Made by a program: the position numbers and the translations under genes. Below the pieces are notes generated by a model that was not told the DNA's origin, searched no databases, and saw only the letters and a list, made by a program, of their open reading frames with translations. From NCBI RefSeq assembly GCF_006345805.1, contig NW_021836089.1, positions 1-26,267 of the forward strand: a DNA stretch of 26,267 bases, given 5' to 3'. The stretch is from Octopus sinensis. Lineage: Eukaryota. This document shows, one piece after another, positions 10,575 to 21,821 of this stretch (the stretch's first letter is position 1; every line of letters begins with the position of its first letter).

Positions 10575-13500
10575 CATTTTCTCTCTTTCTCCCTTTTCTC
10601 TCTTTGTCTCTCACTCTCTTTCTTTTCTCTCTTTCTCCCTTTTCTCTCTTTGTCTCTCACTCTCTTTCTCGTTTTCTTCCCTCTTTCTCTCCTTCTTTCT
10701 CTCTCTATCTCCCTCTTTCTCTCCTTCTTTCTCTCTCTATCTCCCTCTTTCTCTCCTTCTTTCTCTCTCTATCTCCCTCTTTCATTTCTTTCCTTCTATT
10801 TCTTTTCTCACTTTCTCTCTCTTTTCCCTTTTCTCTTCTCTCTCTTTCTTTCTCCTTCTCTCTCCGTGTCTCTTTTATTCTCTCTCTCTTTCTTTTCTCT
10901 CTTTTCCCATTTTCCTTTCCTCTCTTTCTCTCTCTCATTTCCTTCCTCTTTCTCTTTTTCTTTTTTCTCTTATCTTTCTCTTTCTCTATTTTTCAATTTC
11001 TCTCATTCTCTCTCCGCCTCTCTCTCTCTCTTTCTATTCTTACATTCTTTCTCTTTCTCTTTTTCCCTCTCTTTCTTTCTCCCTCTCTCATTTCCCTCTA
11101 TTTCTCTCTCTCATTCTTTTCTCTCTTTTTCTATTTCACTTTTCTCTATTTCTCTCGTTTTCTTCCTCTTTCTTTATCCCTCTCTCTATTATTTTTCTGT
11201 CTTTTTTTCTCTCTCTGTCAGCTTCACTTTTCCTTTTCTCTCTTTCACCCAAACTTTTTCTTTTTCGTCTCTCTTTCTCTTTTACTTTTATCTCTATCTC
11301 TCTCTTTCTCTCTCTGCTTCTCTTTGCCTTTTCTCTTTTGCTTGTGTCTCTTTCTTTGACGCCCTTTCTCTTTTCCATTTCTCTCTCTCTCCCTTTCCTC
11401 TCCCTTTCTTCTTCTTTCACTCTCTCACATTTTATTTTCTATCTTTCTCTCTCTATGTCTCTTACTCTTTGTTCTCTCTTTCTCTCTCTTTCCTTCCTCT
11501 CTCTCTCTCTCTTTTCTATCTTTCTTCCTCCCTCTCTATTTCCCACTCTCATTTCTTTCCTATATTCCCCTCTTTCCCTCTCTGTCTCTCTTTTCTATCT
11601 TCCTACCTCTCTCTCTATTTCCCACTCTCTTTTCTTTCCTATATTCCCCTCTTTCCCTCTCTGTCTCTTTTCTCTTTCTCTCCCTCTCATATTCTTATAT
11701 CTCACTTTCTTTTTCCCCTTTTCCCCTTTTCCTTCTCCCCCTCTCTTTTTCTCTTCTCTCCTTCTCCCCCGCTCTTTTACCTTTCTCTCCTGCTTTACTT
11801 TTCTCTCTTCTTTATCTCTCCCTTTTCTTTTACCACTTTCTCTCTTTCTTTCCTCTCTTCCTCTTTCTCTCTGTTATCTCCTTTCTCTGGTAATTTTTCT
11901 CTTCTCTCTTTCTCTCGCTCTCTCACTTTCCTTTCCTCTCTTCCTCCCTCTCCCTCTCTTTCTTTCTGTCTCTTTGTAATTTCCTTTTTCTCTTCTTTCC
12001 CCCCTTTCCTTTTCTCCCTTTAAGGGACTTACTTTATTCTTTTCTCTCCTCTCTTGCCTTCTCACATTCTTTTCTCTCTTTCTCTTTATCCCTTTAACGT
12101 CTCTTTTATCCCTCTCTTTCTTTTCTTGCTCTCTCACTTTTTCTCCGTTTTTCTCCCTCTCGTTTTCTTTTTATCCTTCTTCCTCTCTCTCACCCCTTCA
12201 TTTCACTCATTCTTCCTCTTCTTTCCTTTTCTCTCTCTCCTTTTTTCGCTCTCTCGCTTTTTCTCCTTCTTTCTCCCTCTCGTTTTCTTTTTATCCTTCT
12301 TCCTCTCTCTCACTCTTTCATTTCTCTCTTTTTTCTCTTGTTTCTTCCTCTCTCTCTCTCTCTTTTCTATCTTTCTTCCTCCCTCTCTATTTCCCACTCT
12401 CTTTCTTCCTCTCGTTTCTTTTTATCCTTCTTCCTCTCTCTCTCTCACTCTTTCATTTCTATCTTTCTTCCTCCCTCTCTATTTCCCACTCTCTTTCTTC
12501 CTCTCGTTTCTTTCTCTCTCTCTTTCTTTCTCTCATTTCTTTTTCTCTCTCTTTCTTTCTCCCTCTCGTTTTCTTTTTATTCTTCTTCCTCTCTCTCACT
12601 CTTTCATTTCTCTCTTTTTTCTCTCGTTTCTTTCTCTCTCTCTTTCCTTTCACGCTCTCAGGCTTTTTGTCCTTTTTCCCTCTCGTTTTCTTTTTATCCT
12701 TCTTCCTCTCTCTCACTCTTTCATTTCTCTCTTTCTTTCTCTCATTTCTTTTTGTCTCTCTCTTTCTTTTCTCGCTCACTCACGTTTTTCTTCTTCTTTC
12801 TCCCTCTCGTTTTCTTTTTTTTATTCTTCCTCTCTCTCACTCTTTCATTTCTCTCTTTCTTCCTCTCCTTTCTTTCTCTCTATCTTTCCTTTCCCGCTCT
12901 CAGGCTTTTTCTCCTTCTTTCTCCCTCTAGTTTTCTTTTTATTATTCTTCCTCTCTCTCACTCTTTCATTTCTCTCTTTCTTCCTCTCGTTTCTTTTTCT
13001 CTCTCTTTCTTTTCTCGCTTTCTTCTTCTTTTTCCCTCTCGTTTTCTTTTTATATTCTTCCTCTCTCTCACTCTTTCATTTCCTTTTTTTTTTTCTCTCG
13101 TTTCTTCCTCTCTCTCATTTCATTTCTCGCTCTCAGTCTTTTTCTCTCGTTTCATTTTCTCTCTCTTTTTTTTTTCACGTTCTTCTCGTTTTTCTCCTTC
13201 TCTCTTCCTCTCGTTTTTTTTATCCTTCTTCCCCTGTCTCACTCTTTCATTTCTCTCTTTCTTTTCTCACTCTTTCTTTTCTCGCTCTCTCGTTTATATC
13301 TCCTCTCTTTCTCCCTCCGTTTCTTTTTATCCTTCTTCCTCTCTCTCACTCTTTCATTTCTCTCTTCTTCCTCTCGTTTCTTTCTCTCTCTCTTTCCTTT
13401 CTCGCTCTCAGGCTTTTTCTCCTTCTTTCTCCTCTTGTTTTCCCTTTATCTTCTTCCTCTCTCTCACATTTCATTTCTCTCTTTCTTTCTCTCATTTCTT

Positions 13501-14725
13501 TTTGTCTCTCTCTTTCTTTTCTCGCTCACTCACGTTTTCTTCTTCTTTCTCCCTCTCGTTTTCTTTTTTTTATTCTTCCTCTCTCTCACTCTTTCATTTC
13601 TCTCTTTCTTCCTCTCCTTTCTTTCTCTCTATCTTTCCTTTCCCGCTCTCAGGCTTTTTTCTCCTTCTTTCTCCCTCTAGTTTTCTTTTTATTATTCTTC
13701 CTCTCTCTCACTCTTTCATTTCTCTCTTTCTTCCTCTCGTTTCTTTTTCTCTCTCTTTCTTTTCTCGCTTTCTTCTTCTTTTTCCCTCTCGTTTTCTTTT
13801 TATCCTTCTTCCTCTCTCTCACTCTTTCATTTCTCTCTTTTTTTTCTCTCGTTTCTTCCTCTCTCTCATTCCTTTCTCGCTCTCAGTCTTTTTCTCTCGT
13901 TTCATTTTCTCTCTCTTTCTTTTCACGTTCTCTCGTTTTTCTCTCCTTCTTTCTCCCTCTCGTTTTCTTTTTATCCTTCTTCCCCTGTCTCACTCTTTCA
14001 TTTCTCTCTTTCTTTTTCTCACTCTTTCTTTTCTCGCTCTCTCGTTTATATCTCCTTCTTTCTCCCTCTCGTTTCTTTTTATCCTTCTTCCTCTCTCTCA
14101 CTCTTTCATTTCTCTCTTTCTTCCTCTCGTTTCTTTCTCTCTCTCTTTCCTTTCTCGCTCTCAGGCTTTTTTCTCCTTCTTTCTCCCTCTTGTTTTCCCT
14201 TTATCCTTCTTCCTCTCTCTCACTCTTTCATTTCTCTCTTTCTTCCTCTTATTTCTTTTTCTCTCTCTCTTTCTTTTCTTGCTCTCTCACTTTTTTCTCA
14301 TTCTTTCTCCCTCTCGTTTTCTTTTTATCTTTCTTCCTCTCTCTCACTCTTTCATTTCTCTGTTTCTTCCTCTCGTTTCTTCCTCTCTCTCATTCCTTTC
14401 TCGCTCTCAGGCTTTTTTCTCTTTCTTTCTCCCTCTCGTTTTCTTTTTATCCTTCTTCCTCTCTCTTACTCTTTTATTTCTCTCTTTCTTCCTCTCATTT
14501 ATTTCTCTCTCTCTTTCTTTTCTCGCTCTCTCACTTTTTTCTCCTTCTTTCTCCCCCTCGTTTTCTTCTTAACCTTCTTCCTCTCTCTCACTGTTTCATT
14601 TCTCTCTTTCTTTCTCTTGTTTCTTTTTGTCTTCTCTATAGTTCTCTCTCAATTTTCCTTTTCTTTCTTCTATTTTTCTATTTCTCTCTTCTTTTTTCTC
14701 TTTCTTTTTCTTTCTCTCTTCTACT
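10575..14725. repeat. ~4.1-kb pyrimidine-rich (CT) satellite; right part built from ~110-125-bp monomers with a ~750-bp higher-order repeat
   Basis: Recurrent ttctccctctcgttttctttttatccttcttcctctctctcactctttcatttctctct (e.g. 12151, 12271). Variant blocks at 12721 and 13141 recur at 13471 and ~13891. Confidence 0.9.
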
Positions 14726-14821
14726 TGTTTCAGTCATGAGACTGCGGCCATGCTGGGGCTCCTCCTCGATTTTGTCTTTTATGTGTGGTACCTTTTCTTT
14801 CTAATTAGCACCAACCTATAG

Positions 14822-14880
14822 CTCTCTTTTGCTTCAGGGCTAAGTAACAGGGATGCAAATACACCAACACCGGTTTTCAT
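14822..14880 (-). mobile_element. Short SINE fragment
   Basis: gctaagtaacagggatgcaaatacaccaacaccggtt matches 20305-20350. Confidence 0.5.
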
Positions 14881-15029
14881 TTAGCAGTTGGGGACACACA
14901 CTAGCATAGATACACCTGCATACACACACACACAAACACACGCACACACACACACATATATACGAGTTAATAACACCTGTAAGGATGTGTTTTATCTATT
15001 CACCAAAGTGAATGGAGCCGGCAGAAAGC

Positions 15030-16310
15030 TCTTATATCTGTCAAACTTCCGTTCATGGGCCTCGTTACAACCCGCTCACCACGTAACTGTTCATTCAATT
15101 ATGATAATTTTCTGGGCCTTTACAGACCACAGAACCACATCAGGCCTTAGGGTTGTATGGATAACCTGAGGAAACTGCAAACTCTTCCCTAAGTCTACCT
15201 TCATATCCCATGGTTGAGACTCTTGCAGCAAGCTATGTATTGCTTTTGCTGGCTTTACTGGTTTCTCTCCCTCTTCCACGAACTTTATTGCGGCAGTTAT
15301 CTTCCCTTGGTGATGATGTTTCTTACACTTTTACTGATCCAAGGTGTGAGCAAGTATTTGTATCTGCCTTGAGAAAGAGTTATTCTGCACCCTGCCAGGA
15401 TGTGTGCCAGAGTGCCCCTTTCCCAAAAAGTCTACACAGCTGGTCTTCCCTCAAACCTTATCTGTGCTGGTTTGTTGGTGTCGGGAGTGTGTCATACACC
15501 GCTCCATCCAGGAAGGAGATGTGCAAAGGTTCCAGCCTCCACAGGTCAGTCCATGTGAGCTTCCTCTTAGGGAGATCCCATTTAGTCCATGCACCCAGAG
15601 ATTCCAACTCCACAGCTCTTGATTTCCTTTTATCTTCCTCCTGGTTCCACACCGCTGGCTCATAACCCGCCTCTCCCAGGTGTCTGCTTTCTTCTATTGT
15701 TGGAAATAGGAACAGCCAAGTCCCTTGCGACCCCAACATGTAGCTCCAATTATGGCGCGTAGCTCCAGCATGCCTTCAGCCTGAGCGACAGCGGTGCTAG
15801 TTACCCACACCTTGTGGTAATACCTGCATGTCTGACAAGCTCGTCCTTAGAGTCCCTCTACACCATTACATTACATTTTGCTACTTTAAATTCCTCCATT
15901 AAATACGACAGGGGAAGTTGCAGCCTTCCAGATCTTATGGACAGGCTTACTGAAGTGAAGCTTGGGAAACTCCTAGCAATCGTCGGAGGTATTTAGTTAT
16001 CTTTCTCTCCACCCTTTCCACACTTGTCATTGGAGCATCATACAGCGTCAGCAACCATATGAGTCTTGGGAGCAGTCTGTGTTGGTAGAGCCATGCCCTG
16101 AACTTTCCTGGAAGCCCTGATCTATCAATCCTCATCCGCCACTCCTCTGCTTGCTTTACAATTTTGGTGACATTGCTTCTCTCTGACAGCGACTTGTCAA
16201 ACATCTTTTCAAGGCATTTACTAGGATTTACCTCTATTGATGGAATGCTCCTTGCACTTGGAGCCTGATTTTGTTGGTTACCTTACTGCCCTCCCTGATT
16301 ACCATGCTCC
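15030..16310 (-). mobile_element. Decayed non-LTR retrotransposon with restriction-like endonuclease (HERO / R2-group), RT C-terminus to endonuclease
   Basis: Collinear fragments: IPSIEVNPSKCLEKMFD, SGLPGKFRAWLYQHRLLPRLIW, GAWTKW...LTWTDLWRLEP...AVYDTLPTPTN, broken zinc knuckle CRLF..RGTLAHILAGC, WDMKVDLGKSLQFP...TTLRPDVVLWS...IIIE*TVTW*AGCNEAHERK. Stops and frameshifts present. Clade assignment from recalled motifs. Confidence 0.85.
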
Positions 16311-16794
16311 CCGAAATGCTTAGGAAGATGGTTCAATTCATGCATAAGCTCAATGAAGAGAAACAAAACCACTTTATGTTTGTCACTGTATCTAATACAA
16401 AGTAATTATTTGAGACTAGATATCTGTGGGAACTTCTGGATGACACCAACTTCTGTTGAATATGTTCAAAATGTGAAAAAGTGGATACAAATGAAAGGAA
16501 ACGATGGGAGAATAAAAACATAAATAAGGCAGTACTACATTTTAAATTAAGTGTTTCATTAGTACTTTGTAACCATACAAAGTGTTAAAAGGTGTGAGGT
16601 GTTCATACACAACTGTATTACATCTGTTTAGACAACAATATCAACATCATCTGCAGGAAAACACCTACCATCACAAAGTGGCAGACATACACCCACCATT
16701 GAATTACAGGTATGATGGTCATCAAGAAAATAAAGGATGCTTCTTTCTGCATTTCACCATCTGTCAGCTCTCTTCACTCCTAATTTAAAACCAA

Positions 16795-17600
16795 GATTTC
16801 TGGTCTCCTACCAACAGAATCTCTATAAATTTAACAGAATCATCCTACCAACTGCTTCCTAACCATGACGGTCCTATACCAGGGATTCTCAAACCTTTTA
16901 AATGTGGTTTCTTTTCATTTACCAAGGATTTCCCAATGACCCTTTCCTTGCTACGAATCTATATAACACATGGGGGACTACTTACCACAGAACCTTCGCC
17001 AGAATAAGTGAATACTTGATGCTTCACCACTTAGTTTTCTTTACTGATCCAACCGTTGATACATAGCTTCAGTTAAACTCGGGTACACATTCTTTGTGTT
17101 TCATATAGACATAAATTCATATAATATTTTCCCACAGCTCCCCCACACATGGTTAGTACTAACCTCACTGGGAAATCCTGCTCAATATTCCTGCAGACAA
17201 TATCTTATCGAGTGACTACCATCCAGTCATTCTAACTTCCAATGTTTCAATTATGAAGTAAAAAGTCACAAGCAACCATCATATTTGTCCCTTTAGGTAT
17301 CTTTCATTATTCAATGAACACCAGTACAATTTTATAAAGCCAGATCAAGAGGGGCTTGGTACCTGTGTGACACACCAGTGTTTTCATATGTTTGACAAAA
17401 TCTGCATAAAATGGTGTAGCCCTTGACATCAGTAAAACCTTCGACTGCGTATGGCAAGAGGACTTCTTTAAAAAGTCACCATCCATCTATGGACTCCATT
17501 TGTCTCTCATCTCATCTGAAAATTTCATGTCAGAATACTCCCTTGCAGTGTGTGATGATGGGTTTCTCTCTCATTCACATTCCATCAACTTTGCCATGCT
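16795..17600 (+). mobile_element. Highly decayed LINE reverse transcriptase relic (CR1/L2/Jockey group)
   Basis: 17416 onward VALDISKTFDCVWQEDFFKK (RT motif LDISKAFDxVW). Upstream DYHPVILTSNVS and LFNEHQYNF, downstream YGLH.SL...FMS....V..DG.LS, all in expected order. Confidence 0.7.
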
Positions 17601-17618
17601 AAAAGTTTGGTCAAGAAT

Positions 17619-17835
17619 AATATTCTTTTCTACTCAAGGCCCAAGGCCTGACATTTTGGGGAAGGGGCCAGTCGATTAGACCGACCGCAGAAGGCAACTA
17701 GTACTTAATATACCGACCTAGGAAAGTTGACAAGAAATGTCGACCTCGGCGGAATTTGATCTCAGAACGTAAACACAGACGAAATACTGCTAAACATTTC
17801 ACCTGGCGTGCTAATGCTTCTGCCAACTCGCTGCC
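17619..17835 (-). mobile_element. Full-length tRNA-derived SINE with 12-bp target-site duplication
   Basis: ttggtcaagaat at 17607-17618 and 17836-17847 flanks an inverted copy of the 23828 family. Confidence 0.85.
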
Positions 17836-18002
17836 TTGGTCAAGAATTTTATTATAACTTTAATGGCGATTAGCGGAAAGGGATGGAGAAAGAAATGAAA
17901 TATTATGGAGAAATATATGCAGTTAGTTTGAAGTTTTCAAATTGCGTATAAAATAATAAAGAAATAGGCAAATTTGAGAAAGTAATAAACAGAACAACTT
18001 AC

Positions 18003-18086
18003 TTGGCCTGGCTCCTTCTTTAATAAGGTTTGCAACTTTTCAATGTCACCATCACGAATTATATCAAAGATTCTATAATCCTTCAT
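18003..18086 (-). CDS. Ankyrin gene coding exon 1 (28 codons from ATG; exon starts at 18091)
   Basis: Minus strand tttttttgacatcttttatttag|AAGAC ATG AAG GAT...GGC CAA|gtaagt. MKDYRIFDIIRDGDIEKLQTLLKKEPGQ resembles a first ankyrin helix pair; phase-0 donor matches the next exon. Confidence 0.75.
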
Positions 18087-18659
18087 GTCTTCTAAATAAA
18101 AGATGTCAAAAAAAAGAGTAAAACAGTTTTTAAAAAACTTATAAAATGAGGTAAAACAACAAACACAGAAGTTGATGGTTCTAAAATCTTGCAAAAGATA
18201 ACATTGATATTGTAAACTTCAGTTTATCTAAAGTATTATTCATAGCTGAATGTTCTTCTTGTCACTAATAAACCTAACAACAGTCATTGTGTTGTGTCTC
18301 TTGGTTAGATTACAGATTGACTGGTTACAATTAAACCCTCAATATTGGAATGTACAGTCTGTTGATCAGCTACGTAGAGGCAGCGTACATGTTGAGCTAT
18401 AAATCTGTGGATCATACCCCAGCTACGGTGGAGGACACTTTATATCAAAGAAAAGTTGATTCTCCAAAGAAAGGTAAATTTACGAAAAATAGTAAAAGAA
18501 TCAATGAAACAGAGTTTGTTCAATAAAACCTCCTGTATTGATCTTTGTCGAAACACTAGCAAAGTAGATGAGATCTAATCAGACCCTATCAACAAGTGCT
18601 TACTTTATAGATTTTTGCAAATATCTTTATGACTATTTCATAATTATTTAATAAATTTA

Positions 18660-18660
18660 C

Positions 18661-18691
<31 letters not shown>
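18660..18691. repeat. (TA)n microsatellite
   Basis: Directly visible. Confidence 0.9.
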
Positions 18692-18692
<1 letters not shown>

Positions 18693-18693
<1 letters not shown>

Positions 18694-18950
18694 TTGCCAT
18701 CATCACTTAACGTCCACTTTTCATCCATTCATGAGTAAGATGAATGACAGGAGCCGGCCAAGTAAAACAATACCCTGGGCTACGGTCTATTTTGGAAGGG
18801 ATTTTACAGCTGGATGCCCTTCCAAACGCCAACCACCAGTTTTGTCGAACTGTATGACACCTTGGGCAAGTACCTTCTTCTAAATCCCATGGCTGATCAA
18901 GGCTTCTGAGTGGATTAAATAGAGATAATCTGAGAGAAGCCCATCGTACA
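18693..18950. mobile_element. Two fused retroposon fragments
   Basis: 18693-18840 relates to 1-46 and 5695-5752; 18855-18950 (caccttgggcaagt...gtggatt...agaagccc) relates to the 5965/20183 SINE family. Confidence 0.55.
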
Positions 18951-18999
18951 CCGCTGGACAAAATCTGAGGACCAGTGAAAAACTGCCAAAATGAAGTGT

Positions 19000-19034
19000 T
19001 TGTGTGTGTGTGAGTGTACGTATGCATATATATA

Positions 19035-19076
<42 letters not shown>

Positions 19077-19118
19077 ATTTATTATATATATTTATATTAT
19101 ATTATATATATATATATG
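19000..19118. repeat. (TG)n/(TA)n interrupted microsatellite
   Basis: Directly visible. Confidence 0.85.
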
Positions 19119-19414
19119 CACACCACTGATTAGTGTGGTGTGGGTATGTTTGATTTTACTGAACATTGCTCAGCTATGAACGATTAGATTATCATTCCCT
19201 GTTAGTAGACAAAACCATTGGAATAAGTGATCCCTTGAAAAACAGGTAAGGTTAATAACATGAAGGGGATCCAGATGCAAAAAGAATGGATTGATAATAT
19301 ACTCATACAACCCATGGTAGTTTGGGAGAAAAGGTGTAAAATGATTGCTTTATATGCATATACGTACATATATAAGTCTATGTATGTGTATACTCGTGTG
19401 CATGTGTGAGTAGC

Positions 19415-19627
19415 TGTATGGCATAGTGATTCGGGTGTTACCCTCACAATAGCTAGATCGTGGGTTTGATTCTTGCAATGCCCTTCCTTTCCCAAGACTT
19501 CCGAATGTTCGCCTGCTTTCCTAACCAGTGGAGTGGCATCATTGAAAACGTCAAACAATGCAAAGCACATTGTGACCAGTGATGTGTAACATCTGGCAGT
19601 ATACTCGATCATGTGACTACATGATTA
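19415..19627 (+). mobile_element. Degenerate tRNA-derived SINE (third family)
   Basis: A-box-like tggcatagtgat, B-box-like gggtttgattc, tail gcacattgtgaccagtgatgtgtaacatctg recalled from octopus repeats. Confidence 0.5.
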
Positions 19628-19733
19628 TATTTATATGTATATATATATTTATATGTGTGTGTGTGTCTTTTGTTTTCTGTAAATTTGTCTGTGTGTGTGT
19701 GTGTGTGGGTGTGTGTGTGGGTTGGTGTAATTA

Positions 19734-19999
19734 AGGTTGGAATTTAAAACTATTTCTTGTGAAGGGTATCGACTTGTAACCTTTAATTAAGATCTTAATA
19801 CATAAGCATTACGAAAGATGTTTTATGAATACATTTGTGTACACTACACACGGAGACAAAGGCCAGGGGACTGCTAGTATATATTATACACACACATACA
19901 TACATGCGCATAGCAGACTTAATAAAATAGGCTAAGAGAAGAAAAGAAGGGAGGAGGAATTGGAGGAAGCGAGGTATTGAAATAAACACTGGGTTTACA
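19734..19999 (+). repeat. Direct repeat copy 1 (~265 bp) containing a Helitron-like 3' end (CTAG 19874-19877)
   Basis: Aligns with 20664-20919 at an initial offset of 930 nt. Confidence 0.85.
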
Positions 20000-20182
20000 A
20001 TTTGAAGTTCGGAAGTGTGGAAGTTGTAAAGATAATTTATGGACAAGTCAGAAAGAAAGCTAAAACAGCAAAAGGAGTGGGAGGGAGTTACAGTTACAGA
20101 CACTAAATACATGAAACTTGACTTTATCACTTTTACACACACACACACTCACATACACATATTTATATTCATATTTAAAAAT

Positions 20183-20500
20183 CTTTTACTTGTTTCAGGC
20201 ACTTGACAGCGACCATTCTGTAGCACCACCTTGAAGGGTTCTAGTTGAACAAATCAACCCCCCGGAAGATTTTTCGGCCTAGTACTTATTCTATCGGAAT
20301 CCTTTAGCGAACCGATAATTTATTGGGATGTAAAAACACCAACACCGGTTGTTAATAAATGATGAAGTGTACAAATAAACACACACGTATATATATACGA
20401 CAGGCTTCTTTCACTTCCCATCTACAAAATTCAATCTCAAGGCTTCAAGGGATTGAACGCAGAACCATGTGGTGGGGAAGCAAGCTTCTTACCACACTGC
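20183..20500 (-). mobile_element. tRNA-derived SINE, internally deleted
   Basis: tcttttacttgtttcag...agtacttattctatcgg...caccaacaccggttg...agaaccatgtgg...agcaagcttcttaccacac; inverted relative to 5965-6350. Confidence 0.7.
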
Positions 20501-20663
20501 TGGAGGCAACAAGAGACACCAGTGGGGGAAACGACAGAGGTTCGAGTCTCAAGCCATTAGAAAAGCCAGCTTAAGAGAATATATGTTAACAGAAGAACTT
20601 CAAAGTAACGCAGATAGAAATGCCTGCTCCAGAGAACAGGAAACATCAAAGTAACGACAAGTC

Positions 20664-20919
20664 AGGTTGGAATTTAAAACTTTATCTTTTGGAGAGGAGC
20701 GACTTGTAACCTTTAACTAAGATCTTAATACATAAGCATTACGAAAGATGCTTTATGAATACATTTGTGTACACTACACGCCGAGACAAAGGCCGGGTAA
20801 CTGCTAGTATATATTACACACACATACACATAGTAGACTTAATAACATAGGCTAAGAGAAGAATAAGAGAGGGAGGAAATGGAGGAAGCAGAGGCATTGA
20901 AATAAACACTGGGTCTACA
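20664..20919 (+). repeat. Direct repeat copy 2 containing a Helitron-like 3' end (CTAG 20804-20807)
   Basis: Aligns with 19734-19999. Confidence 0.85.
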
Positions 20920-21165
20920 TTGAGGGAAAATAAGTTGAAAAACAGCATCAGAAGATCTGACCTCTCTGGTTGGTTTAAATTCAAAATTGGTCAACCAGGC
21001 GTGAAGTCTTGTGAAACCACAAAAATCAGATCAACTAGAAGACAGATTCACCACAGAGTGAGAAAGCATTTCCTCAAGACCACACCACCCAGGGCTTTAT
21101 TCCGACACTGTCAATATTGCCAAGGGAAATATCGCACCAGGATTATAGAAAGAAAGAGGCGTAGA
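20920..21165 (+). mobile_element. Possible decayed GIY-YIG endonuclease fragment (Penelope-like element)
   Basis: GVKSCETTKIRSTRRQIHHRVRKHFL...ALFRHCQYC resembles GV.Y...C...YIGSTxRxLHxRVxEH...S..F.H; key YIG and E residues are altered. Confidence 0.4.
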
Positions 21166-21167
21166 TG

Positions 21168-21529
21168 ATGGAAGTACTCCGTCGGTTACAACGATGAGGG
21201 TTCCGGTTGATCCGATCAACGGAACAGCCTGCTCGTGAAATTAACGTGTACCCTTAACGTGTACCAGACACGTGTACCCTTAACGTAGTTCTCGGGGATA
21301 TTCAGTGTGACACAGAGTGTGACAAGGCCGGCCCTTTGAAATACAGGTACAACAGAAACAGGAAGTAAGAAGAGAGAGAGAAAGTGTGGTGTGAAAGAGT
21401 ACAGCAGGGATCACCACCATCCCCTGCCAGAGCCTCGTGGAGCTTTAGGTGTTTTCGCTCAATAAACACTCACAACGCCCGGTCTGGGAATCTAAACCGC
21501 GATCCTACGACCGCTGATATCAACCACTG
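21168..21529 (-). mobile_element. tRNA-derived SINE (second family), nearly full length with damaged head
   Basis: Minus strand gtcgtaggatcgcggtttagattcccagaccggg is B-box-like; 3' half matches 8221-8389. Confidence 0.8.
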
Positions 21530-21821
21530 AATGACAAAGATCCACTTCTTTAGAAGCACAGCACGAAGTTTGAAGCTCTGAAGTGAGCCAGACGAATGGA
21601 ATCATTTACTGCATTCATGAATATTAATCGGTACTTGTCAATTATACACATAAAATTAAAATTAATGTAAAATATCTCCTTTTTTTAGCTGAAGGCAGAA
21701 ATTTATTGTAGAGATTGCATTAAATTATATGAAGAAAAAAGATTTTATATTTTTATATTCCTGTAAAATTGACTTACAAATTAAAATATTTCCTTGAGAT
21801 ATAAAATTCCATCAGGTATAA

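Noticed and set aside
10239-14804. Very long ORFs (594, 916, 744, 251, 213 aa) rich in S/L/F and antisense R/E/K ORFs
   Set aside because: They are translations of the CT satellite, which lacks stop codons by composition; the region is intronic between two phase-matched exons.
17937-18194. 85-aa ORF as a single-exon gene or an N-terminal extension
   Set aside because: Its ends read through a polypyrimidine acceptor tract and a GTAAGT donor; only the central 28-30 codons look exonic.
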